NCBI GenBank assembly: GCA_031362565.1
Contig: JANLSU010000011.1
Location: 1-46,174, forward strand
Origin: a bacterium
GTDB taxonomy: Bacteria > Krumholzibacteriota > Krumholzibacteriia > G020349025
Reading direction: 5' to 3'
Length of the DNA: 46,174 nt
The position numbers and the translations under genes were made by a program. Below are positions 28,426 to 37,825 of this stretch, piece by piece. Within the stretch, counting starts at the first letter, position 1. Each line of letters opens with the position of its first letter. Below the pieces are notes generated by a model that had not been told where the DNA came from, ran no database searches, and was given only the letters and a program-made list of their open reading frames with translations.

Positions 28426-29328
28426 ATGATGCATCACGCTGAACGGCGCGTTTTCGGGATGATTGGAGCGTTGTCTTCGCTGCTCTGCCTCGCGGCGGGC
28501 AGCGCGGCGGCCGAGGTACCGCACCTCGATCACGTCATCGTCGTCATCATGGAGAATCACAGTTACGACCAGACGCGCGCCCTGCCGTCCACTGCGAGCC
28601 TCATCGTCGCCGGCGCCTCGTTCGCCGATTCACGCGCCATCACCCATCCGTCGCAGCCGAACTACATTGCGCTGTGGTCGGGCAGCACCCAAGGCGTCAC
28701 GAGTGATGCCTGCCCGCCGCCGGGCTCGCCTTATTCCACCGAAAATCTCGGGCATGCGTGCGAGGCCGCCGGGCTGACGTGGAAGGCCTATTCGGAAGAC
28801 TTGCCGGCCCCCGGGTCCATGGTGTGCACCGCCAACAGCTCGAAGTACGCCCGCAAGCACGCACCCTGGACGCAGTTCGCGAACCTGGCGCACGACAACG
28901 AGCGCCCCTATACCGATTTCACGACCGACGTCGCGCAGAGTGCATTGCCGAATTTGGCGTTCGCAATTCCGAACCAGTGCAATGACCAGCATAGCTGCGC
29001 GCTCGCAACCGGCGATGCATGGTTGGCGCAGAATATCCCGGCGATGCTGCAAGCGGTCGGTCCGCGCGGTCTGGTCGTCTTGACGTACGACGAAGATGAC
29101 CACAGCGCCGGCAATCAGATTCTGACCGTATTCTTGGGTGCCCTGGTTCGCCCCAACTACATCTCGGCGCAGCCGGTGACGCACTATACGATTCTGCGCA
29201 CGCTGTGTGACGGCCTGGGGATCACGCCGTTCGCAGCCGCCGCAACCGAAACGCCCATCACCGACGTCTGGGCCGCGACGCCCGTCGCACTACAGGCCTG
29301 GACGACGATGAAGCTGCTCTACCGATAG
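28426..29328 (+). CDS. Secreted phosphoesterase-family (acid phosphatase SapM/AcpA-like) protein with W-x3-K-x-LYR tail
   Basis: DHVIVVIMENHSY, THPSQPNYIAL, YARKHAPW, PNQCNDQH..GDAWL, LTYDE, THYTILRTL; signal peptide; ends PVALQAWTTMKLLYR. Confidence 0.88.
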   Translation: MMHHAERRVFGMIGALSSLLCLAAGSAAAEVPHLDHVIVVIMENHSYDQTRALPSTASLIVAGASFADSRAITHPSQPNYIALWSGSTQGVTSDACPPPGSPYSTENLGHACEAAGLTWKAYSEDLPAPGSMVCTANSSKYARKHAPWTQFANLAHDNERPYTDFTTDVAQSALPNLAFAIPNQCNDQHSCALATGDAWLAQNIPAMLQAVGPRGLVVLTYDEDDHSAGNQILTVFLGALVRPNYISAQPVTHYTILRTLCDGLGITPFAAAATETPITDVWAATPVALQAWTTMKLLYR

Positions 29329-30035
29329 AGTGCCTTGGTCTCGCCCCAGGTGCGGGTGGCGGCAGCAACCACGCCGCCGCAGCCCGGCTTGTCGGCGTTG
29401 TGCCCGAACGACGTCCACTCGGACGTCGCGGATGGATTGCTCGAGCCATCACCGAACCAGAGCACCGGGCTCGGGCTTTCCGTTGAGGTGAGGAGAGAGC
29501 CGGTCAGAATCTGGATGCCGTCCTGCCGCACTTCGATGGCACCGGTTGAAACGATCACTTCGATCCGATACAGGTGGAACGCATCATCCGTATCGACATT
29601 GGCAGTCAGGCCGCGCGTCGCAGAAGTGCCTTGCAAGAGATAGGCTTCGTCGGCGCCGAGTTGCAGGATGTTCCAGCGGTTCGGCTGGGTGCAGAAGGCA
29701 ACGCCGACGCCGCTGCGCACAACGCTGGTCGTCGAATTGATGACGAACCGAACCCGCGCCTCGATCACCAGGCTGTCGGGGATCGCAAGGTCGGCCGCCG
29801 TCTGCTCGTAGTACATGCCGTTGGCGGGCACCGTCGTCGTCAGTGTCAGCACCCCGCCTGCGAGCACCGGGTCTTCCGCCGCGTTGTCCTGCAGCGTCAG
29901 TTCACAGAGCGAGTTCGGAAACGTCGCCGAGGCAGCGAGCCACTGCAGGTTGATCGGTGGAGCGGCGTCCGCTGGTTGAGCGCCGTGGAGCACCAGAACC
30001 GATGCGACGAGGATGGCCACAGAACGCGTCTTCAT
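29319..30035 (-). CDS. Hypothetical secreted beta-sandwich (ConA/LamG-like) protein with W-x3-K-x-LYR tail
   Basis: GGGGGA RBS; signal peptide MKTRSVAILVASVLVLHGAQPADA; DAFHLYRIEV..VRQDG and LWFGDGS patterns; ends ATRTWGETKALYR. Confidence 0.75.
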   Translation of the reverse strand: MKTRSVAILVASVLVLHGAQPADAAPPINLQWLAASATFPNSLCELTLQDNAAEDPVLAGGVLTLTTTVPANGMYYEQTAADLAIPDSLVIEARVRFVINSTTSVVRSGVGVAFCTQPNRWNILQLGADEAYLLQGTSATRGLTANVDTDDAFHLYRIEVIVSTGAIEVRQDGIQILTGSLLTSTESPSPVLWFGDGSSNPSATSEWTSFGHNADKPGCGGVVAAATRTWGETKALYR

Positions 30036-30328
30036 GAATGTCCCCCTGAGTTGTCGGAATAGCGCCTGGCAGCGCCTCGATCACCGAGGCTCGATCCGCC
30101 GCACGCCGACACATCGTGATCCTTGATGCATCCAAGAGTAGCGCACTCCCCACGCATGGTGCTACCGCCTCCCGTCCTTCCACTGCCTCTCGCAAACGTC
30201 GGGGCACTCGCTCCGCGCTCGACTTCTGATGCGGTCTCAGGAATACTCCGGGCGGACTCGTGTCGAAGCATCGCGCGCCGGCGCGGGCTTGGTGCGCCGA
30301 CCGGCATTTTCAAGCGAACGGGATCCGG

Positions 30329-31273
30329 ATGTCCGACCTGCCTTTCGTCTGCCGACGCTGTCACGGCGAACTGCGGCCGGCGAGCCCACCGGCGCTCGTC
30401 TGCGCGGCGTGCGAAATTCGGTTTCCGGTTGTCGAAACGATTCCGCGCTTCGTGCCGGCCGACACCTACGCGGCGTCCTTCGGTTTCCAATGGAACCGCC
30501 ACGCACGCACCCAGATCGATCGCTTCAACGGCTATCGGTTCAGTCACGAACGTTTCTTTGCGGTGACGGGCTGGCCCACCCGCCTGCACGGTGAACGCAT
30601 CCTGGAAGCCGGTTGCGGCGCCGGCCGTTTTACCGAAGTGGCGCTCGAAACCGGCGCCACCGTTCATGCGTTCGACTACAGCAACGCGGTCGATGCCAAT
30701 CTGGCCAACAACGGCGGCGGCGCACGTTTGCAGCTCTTTCAAGCCAGCATCTTCGACATCCCACTGCCGGCAGCGAGCTTCGAGCGTATTTTCTGTTTTG
30801 GCGTGCTGCAACACACGCCCGATCCAGAGCGGGCCTTCCGCGCGCTCGTGCCGTTCCTGAAACCCGGCGGGTCGATTGCGATCGACGTGTACAAGAAGCA
30901 CTGGCAGACGGTTCTCAATACGAAGTACTTGTTGCGGCCGTTCACGCGCCGCATGGACATGCGCACGCTGCACGACCGCGTCGAGCGCTGGACGCCGCCC
31001 TTGGTGCGCGCCCAGGACCGCATTCGCGGCCTCATCGGCGCCAAACTCGCGTTTGGACTCGTGCCGGTGAGTTCGGCTCCGTGGCCGGGCCTGCGCTCCG
31101 AGGACCGCCTGCAATGGTGTGTCCTCGATACCTTCGACATGTACGCACCGGCGCACGATCATCCTCAAACGATCGGGGCGGTGCGCCGTTGGATGCGGGA
31201 GGCCCAGCTCGTCGACGTCGAGGTGGAGTACGGGCCGAACGGGATCAACGCCCGGGGGCGCAAGCCCCAGTGA
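30329..31273 (+). CDS. Class I SAM-dependent methyltransferase with N-terminal Trm112-like Zn ribbon
   Basis: CRRC..CAAC..FPVVETIPRF; SFGFQW; ILEAGCGAGRF; GVLQHTPDP..LKPGG; LDTFD.YAP. Confidence 0.85.
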   Translation: MSDLPFVCRRCHGELRPASPPALVCAACEIRFPVVETIPRFVPADTYAASFGFQWNRHARTQIDRFNGYRFSHERFFAVTGWPTRLHGERILEAGCGAGRFTEVALETGATVHAFDYSNAVDANLANNGGGARLQLFQASIFDIPLPAASFERIFCFGVLQHTPDPERAFRALVPFLKPGGSIAIDVYKKHWQTVLNTKYLLRPFTRRMDMRTLHDRVERWTPPLVRAQDRIRGLIGAKLAFGLVPVSSAPWPGLRSEDRLQWCVLDTFDMYAPAHDHPQTIGAVRRWMREAQLVDVEVEYGPNGINARGRKPQ

Positions 31274-31325
31274 CCGGCGGCACGGCGCCGGGCGCTGCAC
31301 GGGCGATCGGACGCTTGGAGTCTTG

Positions 31326-33089
31326 ATGGCGGCAGCCGGGAACGAACCCGATCGCGCGCATCGATCCCTGAGGTCGCGGGCGCTCTATTTGTTGCCGGGC
31401 GTCGCAACCGGCCGGCGTTACCGCAGGGCGTGGTTGCGCCACGACCTGGCGGCCGGGCTCGTGTTGACGGCGTTCTTGGTGCCGCAGGGCATGGCCTATG
31501 CCGAGCTGGCCGGCCTGCCGGCGGTCAACGGGTTGTACGCGACACTCGTGCCCTTGGTCATTTATGCGCTGTTCGGCCCGTCGCGCATTCTCGTTCTCGG
31601 GCCCGACTCGGCGATCGCGCCGCTCATTGCCGCCGCCGTCATCCCGGTCGCGGGGATCGACTTTGGGAGCCGCGTGGCACTCGCCAGCCTGCTCGCGCTG
31701 ATGGTTGGAACACTCCTCGTCATCGCGTCGTTTGCGCGCCTCGGTTTTCTCACCGATCTGCTCTCGAAGCCGGTTCGGACCGGATACTTGGCGGGCATCG
31801 CGTTCGTCGTCATCGTTCAGCAAGTGCCACGGCTGCTTGGCTATTCGGTGGACGCGGCGGATTTCCTCGGCAAGTTCGTGGGCCTTGTCCGCGGCCTTCC
31901 CAATCTCGACGGTCCGACGACCGCCATCGGGCTGCCGTGTTTGGCCGCCATCCTGGTCCTGCGGCGGCGGGCACCGCGTATTCCCGGCGTGCTTGTCGCG
32001 GTGGGCGGTGCGACTCTGGCGTTCGTCCTGTTGCATCCCGGCGTCAAAACGCTCGGCCAAGTGCCGGAAGGTCTGCCGGATTTCATCCTCCCCCACCCGC
32101 ATGCCGCGGACTGGTTGCCGCTCGTTGCAAGCGCGCTGGCCATTGCCTTGCTGGTGTTTGCCGACACCACCGTACTGTCGCGCAGCTATGCGTCCAAACT
32201 CGGCGAACGCGTCGACCAGAGCCAAGAGCTGGGCGCCCTGGGAGCTGCGAATCTGGCTACGAGCCTGTTCGGCGGCTTCCCCATTTCGGTCAGTTCATCC
32301 CGCACTCCGGTCGCTGAAGCGGCGGGGGCGCGAACCCAACTGACCGGCCTTGTCGCTGCCGCAGCGCTCGGACTCGTTCTCGCCTTCGGCACGGGATTTC
32401 TGCACATCGTGCCGCAGGCGGCATTGGCGGCGGTCGTGATTGCGGCCGGCATCGGGCTGGTCGAAGTCGCGGTTTTCAGGCGCCTGCGCCAGGTGAGCCG
32501 CCCGGACTTCGGGCTCGCGATCGCGGCGTTCACGGGCGTGGCCCTGCTGGGTGTCTTGCGCGGCGTCGGCATCGCGATCGCGTTGTCGGTGTTCGCCGTT
32601 CTCGAACGAGCCTGGCACCCCTACCATGCCGTCCTCGCGCGCGTCGCCGGTTTGAAGGGTTATCACGATCTGGCGCGCCATCCGCAGGGCCGGCAAGTCC
32701 CCGGCTTGTTGTTGTTCCGGTTCGACGCGCCGCTTTTCTTCGCCAATGCCAACGTGTTCCGCGACCGCATTCTGCGCGCCGTCGCCGACGCCGGGTCGCC
32801 GCTCCACCGGGTGGTCATCGCCGCCGAACCGATGACCGACGTCGACACGACGGCGGCGGATATTCTGGATGACGTGCGCATCGATTTCGCACGCCGCGGC
32901 ATCGAGCTGGTGTTCGCGGAATTGAAGGATCCCGTCAAGGACACCCTGGCCCGTTACGGACTCGTGGATCGCATCGGACCGGGACGTTTTTACCCCACCG
33001 TTGGCTCGGCAGTGCACGCGTACGTGAACGAGTACCGCATCGAGTGGCGAGATTGGGAAGACGAATCGGGCGCCACCGAATCGACGTGA
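31326..33089 (+). CDS. SulP/SLC26 inorganic anion transporter with STAS domain
   Basis: DLAAGL..VPQGMAYAELAGLP, NGLYA, FGPSR, QELGALG.AN, SSSRT, GARTQL; STAS RFDAPLFFAN..DVDTTA; GGAG RBS. Confidence 0.93.
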   Translation: MAAAGNEPDRAHRSLRSRALYLLPGVATGRRYRRAWLRHDLAAGLVLTAFLVPQGMAYAELAGLPAVNGLYATLVPLVIYALFGPSRILVLGPDSAIAPLIAAAVIPVAGIDFGSRVALASLLALMVGTLLVIASFARLGFLTDLLSKPVRTGYLAGIAFVVIVQQVPRLLGYSVDAADFLGKFVGLVRGLPNLDGPTTAIGLPCLAAILVLRRRAPRIPGVLVAVGGATLAFVLLHPGVKTLGQVPEGLPDFILPHPHAADWLPLVASALAIALLVFADTTVLSRSYASKLGERVDQSQELGALGAANLATSLFGGFPISVSSSRTPVAEAAGARTQLTGLVAAAALGLVLAFGTGFLHIVPQAALAAVVIAAGIGLVEVAVFRRLRQVSRPDFGLAIAAFTGVALLGVLRGVGIAIALSVFAVLERAWHPYHAVLARVAGLKGYHDLARHPQGRQVPGLLLFRFDAPLFFANANVFRDRILRAVADAGSPLHRVVIAAEPMTDVDTTAADILDDVRIDFARRGIELVFAELKDPVKDTLARYGLVDRIGPGRFYPTVGSAVHAYVNEYRIEWRDWEDESGATEST

Positions 33090-33215
33090 CCCCGTGGCCG
33101 GCCCCCAGGGTGCCGGCATTCCCCGCTCGTGCTATCCTGGCACCGATCTTGTTGCATTCGACGCCGCACAGAATGCAACCGCCTGGCCGCCTTCCAACCA
33201 AAGAGGACGAGCCCG

Positions 33216-34172
33216 ATGCGCTCGACGTTTTTGACATCCGGAATCGCGGTCGGAGCCGTGCTCGCCTTGTTGGCGGGCTGCGGCGACGACTCAAGCAGCC
33301 CACAGCCCCACGTCGCCAGTACCGCGAACGGCCAGTACCTCGTGGAACACGTTGCGGGGTGCGGTGACTGCCATACGCCAATCGACGCGGCCGGGCATCC
33401 CTGGCAGTGGATGGTCTTGGCGGGCGGCGTGCGGTTCGACTTGCCGTTCGGCGCCGTTTACACCCGCAACATCACGCCCGACAGCGCAACGGGAATCGGC
33501 AGCTGGACCGACGCCGAGATCGTCACGGCAATCCGTACCGGCATCTCACCGGCGCACGCGTATCCGAATGCCGACGACGCAAAGCTCTTTCCCATCATGC
33601 CGTACTGGCTCTATGGGCACCTGAGCGACAACGACGCGCAGGATATTGTCGCGTTCCTGCGGACGGTCACGCCGGTGCACAACGCGGTACCCGCGGATTC
33701 GATTCCGCCGGCCGTGCGCGCCACCTGGCCGCTCCAGCCAGGCATCCCGAGCGCCACGCCCGCTTCGAGCGCCAAGGAACGCGGCAAGTACTTGGTGACG
33801 ATCGCCGGATGCATCGACTGTCACACGGTGTCGAAGTCGGACGTGACCGGCATTCCAACCGACCCGGGCGTCGCCACCGAGTTGTTCCTCGCCGGCGGCC
33901 GCGAGTTCGAGATCGGTCCGCTCGGCACGGTGCATTCCAAGAACCTCACACCCGATCCGACCACCGGCATCGGCACCTGGACGGCGGCCCAAATCGATTC
34001 GGCAATCGCCTACGGCATCGATGACGAGGGCCGGCTCTTGTGTCCGCCGATGCCATGGCCGGTGTACCAAGCCATGACGGCAAGCGACCGCTCCGATATC
34101 GTCGCGTACCTGAAGGGCATTCCGCCCATCGTCAACGCGGTGCCGGAAGACTCAACGATCTGCCCGCGCTGA
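33216..34172 (+). CDS. Diheme c-type cytochrome lipoprotein (duplicated gluconate/alcohol-dehydrogenase cytochrome-like domain)
   Basis: Lipobox LAGC; CGDCH and CIDCH, each followed by LAGG..N(I/L)TPD..TGIG.WT and a distal MP; AGAGGA RBS before ATG 33216. Confidence 0.88.
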   Translation: MRSTFLTSGIAVGAVLALLAGCGDDSSSPQPHVASTANGQYLVEHVAGCGDCHTPIDAAGHPWQWMVLAGGVRFDLPFGAVYTRNITPDSATGIGSWTDAEIVTAIRTGISPAHAYPNADDAKLFPIMPYWLYGHLSDNDAQDIVAFLRTVTPVHNAVPADSIPPAVRATWPLQPGIPSATPASSAKERGKYLVTIAGCIDCHTVSKSDVTGIPTDPGVATELFLAGGREFEIGPLGTVHSKNLTPDPTTGIGTWTAAQIDSAIAYGIDDEGRLLCPPMPWPVYQAMTASDRSDIVAYLKGIPPIVNAVPEDSTICPR

Positions 34173-34179
34173 GGGAGCC

Positions 34180-35565
34180 ATGGCCGCAGCGCACTATGAA
34201 CTCGCAGTCATCGGCAGCGGTCCCGCCGGACAAAAAGCCGCGATTGCCGCCGCCAAGCTGCGCAAGAAGGTCACCGTCATCGACCGCAAGGAGATGATGG
34301 GTGGCGGTTCGGTGCACACGGGCACCATCCCGAGCAAGACGGTCCGCGAGGCGATTCTCTATCTGACGGGCTTCCGCCAGCGTTCTTTCTATGGCAAGAG
34401 CTACACCGTCAAAGAGAACATCTCGGTCGCGGATCTGTCGCTGCGCGTCACGGCTGTCATCGAGCGCGAGATGGCGGTCGTCAACGACCAACTGCGGCGC
34501 AACGGCGTCATCTTGACGCCCGGAGCGGCGCGTTTTATCGATCCGCATACGCTGGAAGTGACGGGTACCGAGGGCACCACCCGCGTGACCGCCGACTTCA
34601 TCGTCATCGCGTGTGGGACGCGGGCGGCGCGCGATGCCAGCATCCCCTTCGACGGCCAGAACATCCTGGTCGCCGACGAGCTGGGCTTGCTGGAAAAGTT
34701 ACCGCGCGAGATCATTGTCGTCGGAGCCGGAGTCATCGGGCTCGAATACGCGTCGATGTTCACGGCTCTGAATATTCCGGTGACACTGATCGAACAGCGG
34801 CCGACAATGCTCGACTTCGTCGACCACGAAATCGTCGAGGCGCTCAGCTACCACATGCGGCAGCGCAATGCGACTTTCCGTCTGGGCGAAAAGGTGACCG
34901 AGGTGACGATCGATGCGGCGGGCGACGTGCACGCGCATCTGGCGAGCGGCAAGCGGATCTGTGCCGATACATTGCTCTACACCGTCGGGCGGCAGACGAA
35001 TGCCGACTTGCTCGACCTGCCTGTTGCCGGGCTCGCGGCCGACGACCGCGGCCGGATAACCGTCAACAAGGACTTCCAAACCAGCGTGCCGCACGTCTAT
35101 GCCGTCGGCGACGTGATCGGGTTTCCGGCCCTCGCCTCGACCTCGATGGAACAAGGGCGGCTGGCGAGCAACCACATCTTCGGGGTGGCGGCGAAGGAAC
35201 GCGAGTTGATGCCATACGGCATCTACACCATTCCGGAAATCTCGATGGTGGGTAAGACCGAGCAGGAGCTGACACAGGCGAGCATTGCGTACGAGACCGG
35301 TGTGGCGAAATACGATGAAGTGGCGCGCGGTATGATCGTCGGCGACAATACCGGCATGCTGAAACTGTTGTTCTGCCCCGACTCACGCCAGCTCCTGGGC
35401 GTGCATGTGATCGGCGAGAGCGCGGCGGAGATCATCCACATCGGGCAAGCGGTGATGGCGCTCGGCGGCACCATCGAATACTTCCGCGACACCGTCTTCA
35501 ACTACCCGACGTTCGCCGAGGCGTATAAAATCGCGGCGCTGAACGGTCTCAACAAACTGCGCTGA
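34180..35565 (+). CDS. sthA: Soluble Si-specific NAD(P)+ transhydrogenase
   Basis: IGSGPAGQKAA, HTGTIPSKTVRE, GAGVIGLEYAS, GDVIGFPALASTSMEQGR, YTIPEISMVG, FNYPTFAEAYKIAALNGLN. Confidence 0.93.
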   Translation: MAAAHYELAVIGSGPAGQKAAIAAAKLRKKVTVIDRKEMMGGGSVHTGTIPSKTVREAILYLTGFRQRSFYGKSYTVKENISVADLSLRVTAVIEREMAVVNDQLRRNGVILTPGAARFIDPHTLEVTGTEGTTRVTADFIVIACGTRAARDASIPFDGQNILVADELGLLEKLPREIIVVGAGVIGLEYASMFTALNIPVTLIEQRPTMLDFVDHEIVEALSYHMRQRNATFRLGEKVTEVTIDAAGDVHAHLASGKRICADTLLYTVGRQTNADLLDLPVAGLAADDRGRITVNKDFQTSVPHVYAVGDVIGFPALASTSMEQGRLASNHIFGVAAKERELMPYGIYTIPEISMVGKTEQELTQASIAYETGVAKYDEVARGMIVGDNTGMLKLLFCPDSRQLLGVHVIGESAAEIIHIGQAVMALGGTIEYFRDTVFNYPTFAEAYKIAALNGLNKLR

Positions 35566-35585
35566 TAACCACACTGGAGACGACG

Positions 35586-37781
35586 ATGCAATTGCTACGC
35601 TCTTGGCGCCGCCGATTTGCCGCATTGGCGATCTTGGCGGCAGTTTTTTGGGGATCCGGCGCTGCGGCGGCGAGCGATTCCGGAGCCACGCCTTTGGCGG
35701 CCTCGGCCGGCGCCCCACGGACCGGGATTCTCTACGACCGGGTTCTGCCGCTTTCACATCTCGAGAGCTACGACGGCAGTGCCGCAGCGCCTGCAGCCAG
35801 CCGGGCGTGCTGGAGCCAGATCGTCTTCGAGCTGACGCAGGCGTCGATCGCCAAACCGGCCTGGCCCAGCCACCAAGCGGTGCTCGAGACGGCCCGGGGG
35901 GCAATTGCGCGCGGCGTGGTACCGGTCGCGATTCTGGACTTCGAATATGAACGATCGACGAACCCGGACGGTTCGCCGTCGGCGACACCGACACCTGCCG
36001 TGCATGAGGCATTTGCGGCGGCGGCGCTCGCCGAATCGACCCACCGCGGTGCCGGCGTCACCTTCGCCTTCGAATCCGAGTGGTATGTGACCAATCGCAG
36101 CGCCAAACCACGCACGCTGGCGGTCGACTTCGGTGACGGGCTCGGGTGGCGCACCGTGCGGTGGGGCGACCGCCCACAGGTGCATTACGACCGGACCGGA
36201 CACAAGGTCATTCGCCTGCGGATTACGGACACCGCGGGCCGCACGCTGCAGAGCACTCTTCCATTCGAAGTCCTGCATCTCGAGACGCCGGCCCCGAACG
36301 ACACGCTGCACATCGTCGCCGGCATCCCGTACCTCGGGACCGCGGGGCAGGGTGACGCGTACGTGTATCTGGCACCCGGGCACGCGGCCCTCACCAACCC
36401 GATCGTCGTTCTTGAAGGCTTCGATCTCGACAACAGCATGTTCTGGGACGAGCTGTACCAGATGCTGAACGAGCAAGGCCTCATCGAGTCACTGCGTTCC
36501 CAAGGGTTCGATGCGGTGGTGCTCAATTTCGCCGATGCCACCGACTACATCCAGCGCAACGCCTTTGTCGCCAGCGAATTGATCACCCAGGTCGAGGCGG
36601 CGATCGCTCCGAATGCCGACATGGCACTGGTCGGCGCCAGCATGGGCGGGCTCGTGGGACGCTACGCGCTCGCGTACCTCGAAGCGCACGGCCCCGCACC
36701 GCGCGTTCGTACATTTGTATCCTTCGATTCGCCGCAGCGCGGCGCCAACATCCCGCTCGGAGTTCAATATTGGGTGCAGTTCTTCGCCGACCAGTCGACG
36801 GACGCGGCGTTCCTTCGTGATCGCCTCAACACGCCGGCGGCGCGGCAGATGCTGGTTTATCACTTCACCACCCCGCCGAGCGGTACGGCGGCGAGCGATC
36901 CGCTCCGCACGCAACTTCTCGCCGACTTCGCCGTTGTCGGGGGATACCCTGGGCACCCACGTTTGGTGGCCATCGCCAACGGCAGCGGCTCGCGTGCAGG
37001 CCAGGGCTTCGCTCCTGCAGAGCAAGTCGTGCGCTACGAGTACTCGAGCTTTCTCGTCCACATCACGGGCAACGTGTGGGCGGTGCCCAACGGCGGCAGC
37101 GCGACGGTGTTTCGCGGCATCATCGACTATTTGTTCCCGCCGCCGGAGAGTTCGACCACCGTCACGGTGACCGGCACCGCTCCGTACGACAACGCGCCTG
37201 GAGGTTGGCGGAGCTCGATGGCCGACATGGATGCCACGCCGGCGCCGTTCGGCGACATCGTGGCGCTCTACCCCAACCACTGCTTCATTCCGACGACGAG
37301 CGCGCTCGATCTGAACACCACGGACCTCTTCTATGACATCGCCGGCGATGCGCAATTGTTGACGCGGACCCCGTTCCAGGCGGTCTACTTCCCCGCCGTG
37401 AACCAAGGGCACGTCAGCATCACGCCGGAGAACGCCACTTGGCTCCTGCAGGAACTGGTGCCGGCCCCAACCGCGGTTGCCGACGGCACCGGACGCGCAC
37501 CGGCGGCGCTCGTGCTCCACCCGAACGTCCCCAATCCGTTCAATCCATCGACACAGATCGAATTCGAGCTGCCGCACGCCGGCAACGTCGAGATCGCGGT
37601 GCGCGATGTGCGCGGCCGGCACGTCGCGACACTCTTGCACGGTTGGCTCGCGGCGGGCCGTCATGATGTCCGGTGGAATGGCACGACGGAATCCGGCACG
37701 CACGCCGCCTCCGGCGTCTACGTCTGCACGCTTGCAAGCCCCGATGGCCGGGTCTCGCGCCGGATGGTCTTGATCGAGTAG
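35586..37781 (+). CDS. Secreted alpha/beta-hydrolase (PGAP1-like) with FlgD-Ig/T9SS-like C-terminal domain
   Basis: Signal peptide; GILYDRV, DFGDG, PIVVLEGFD, nucleophile elbow GASMGG, DSPQRGANIP, HCFIPT.SAL, NQGH; tail PNVPNPFNPST..DVRGRHVATL..WNG..SGVY. Confidence 0.85.
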   Translation: MQLLRSWRRRFAALAILAAVFWGSGAAAASDSGATPLAASAGAPRTGILYDRVLPLSHLESYDGSAAAPAASRACWSQIVFELTQASIAKPAWPSHQAVLETARGAIARGVVPVAILDFEYERSTNPDGSPSATPTPAVHEAFAAAALAESTHRGAGVTFAFESEWYVTNRSAKPRTLAVDFGDGLGWRTVRWGDRPQVHYDRTGHKVIRLRITDTAGRTLQSTLPFEVLHLETPAPNDTLHIVAGIPYLGTAGQGDAYVYLAPGHAALTNPIVVLEGFDLDNSMFWDELYQMLNEQGLIESLRSQGFDAVVLNFADATDYIQRNAFVASELITQVEAAIAPNADMALVGASMGGLVGRYALAYLEAHGPAPRVRTFVSFDSPQRGANIPLGVQYWVQFFADQSTDAAFLRDRLNTPAARQMLVYHFTTPPSGTAASDPLRTQLLADFAVVGGYPGHPRLVAIANGSGSRAGQGFAPAEQVVRYEYSSFLVHITGNVWAVPNGGSATVFRGIIDYLFPPPESSTTVTVTGTAPYDNAPGGWRSSMADMDATPAPFGDIVALYPNHCFIPTTSALDLNTTDLFYDIAGDAQLLTRTPFQAVYFPAVNQGHVSITPENATWLLQELVPAPTAVADGTGRAPAALVLHPNVPNPFNPSTQIEFELPHAGNVEIAVRDVRGRHVATLLHGWLAAGRHDVRWNGTTESGTHAASGVYVCTLASPDGRVSRRMVLIE

Positions 37782-37825
37782 GTCTCGGGTGACAACCCGC
37801 GGCCGCTTTGATAGCCTCGGCCACG

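Noticed and set aside
33138..33152. Sigma54 promoter upstream of the diheme cytochrome (TGGCAC-N5-TTGT)
   Set aside because: The -12 element is GT instead of the near-invariant GC; too weak to call.
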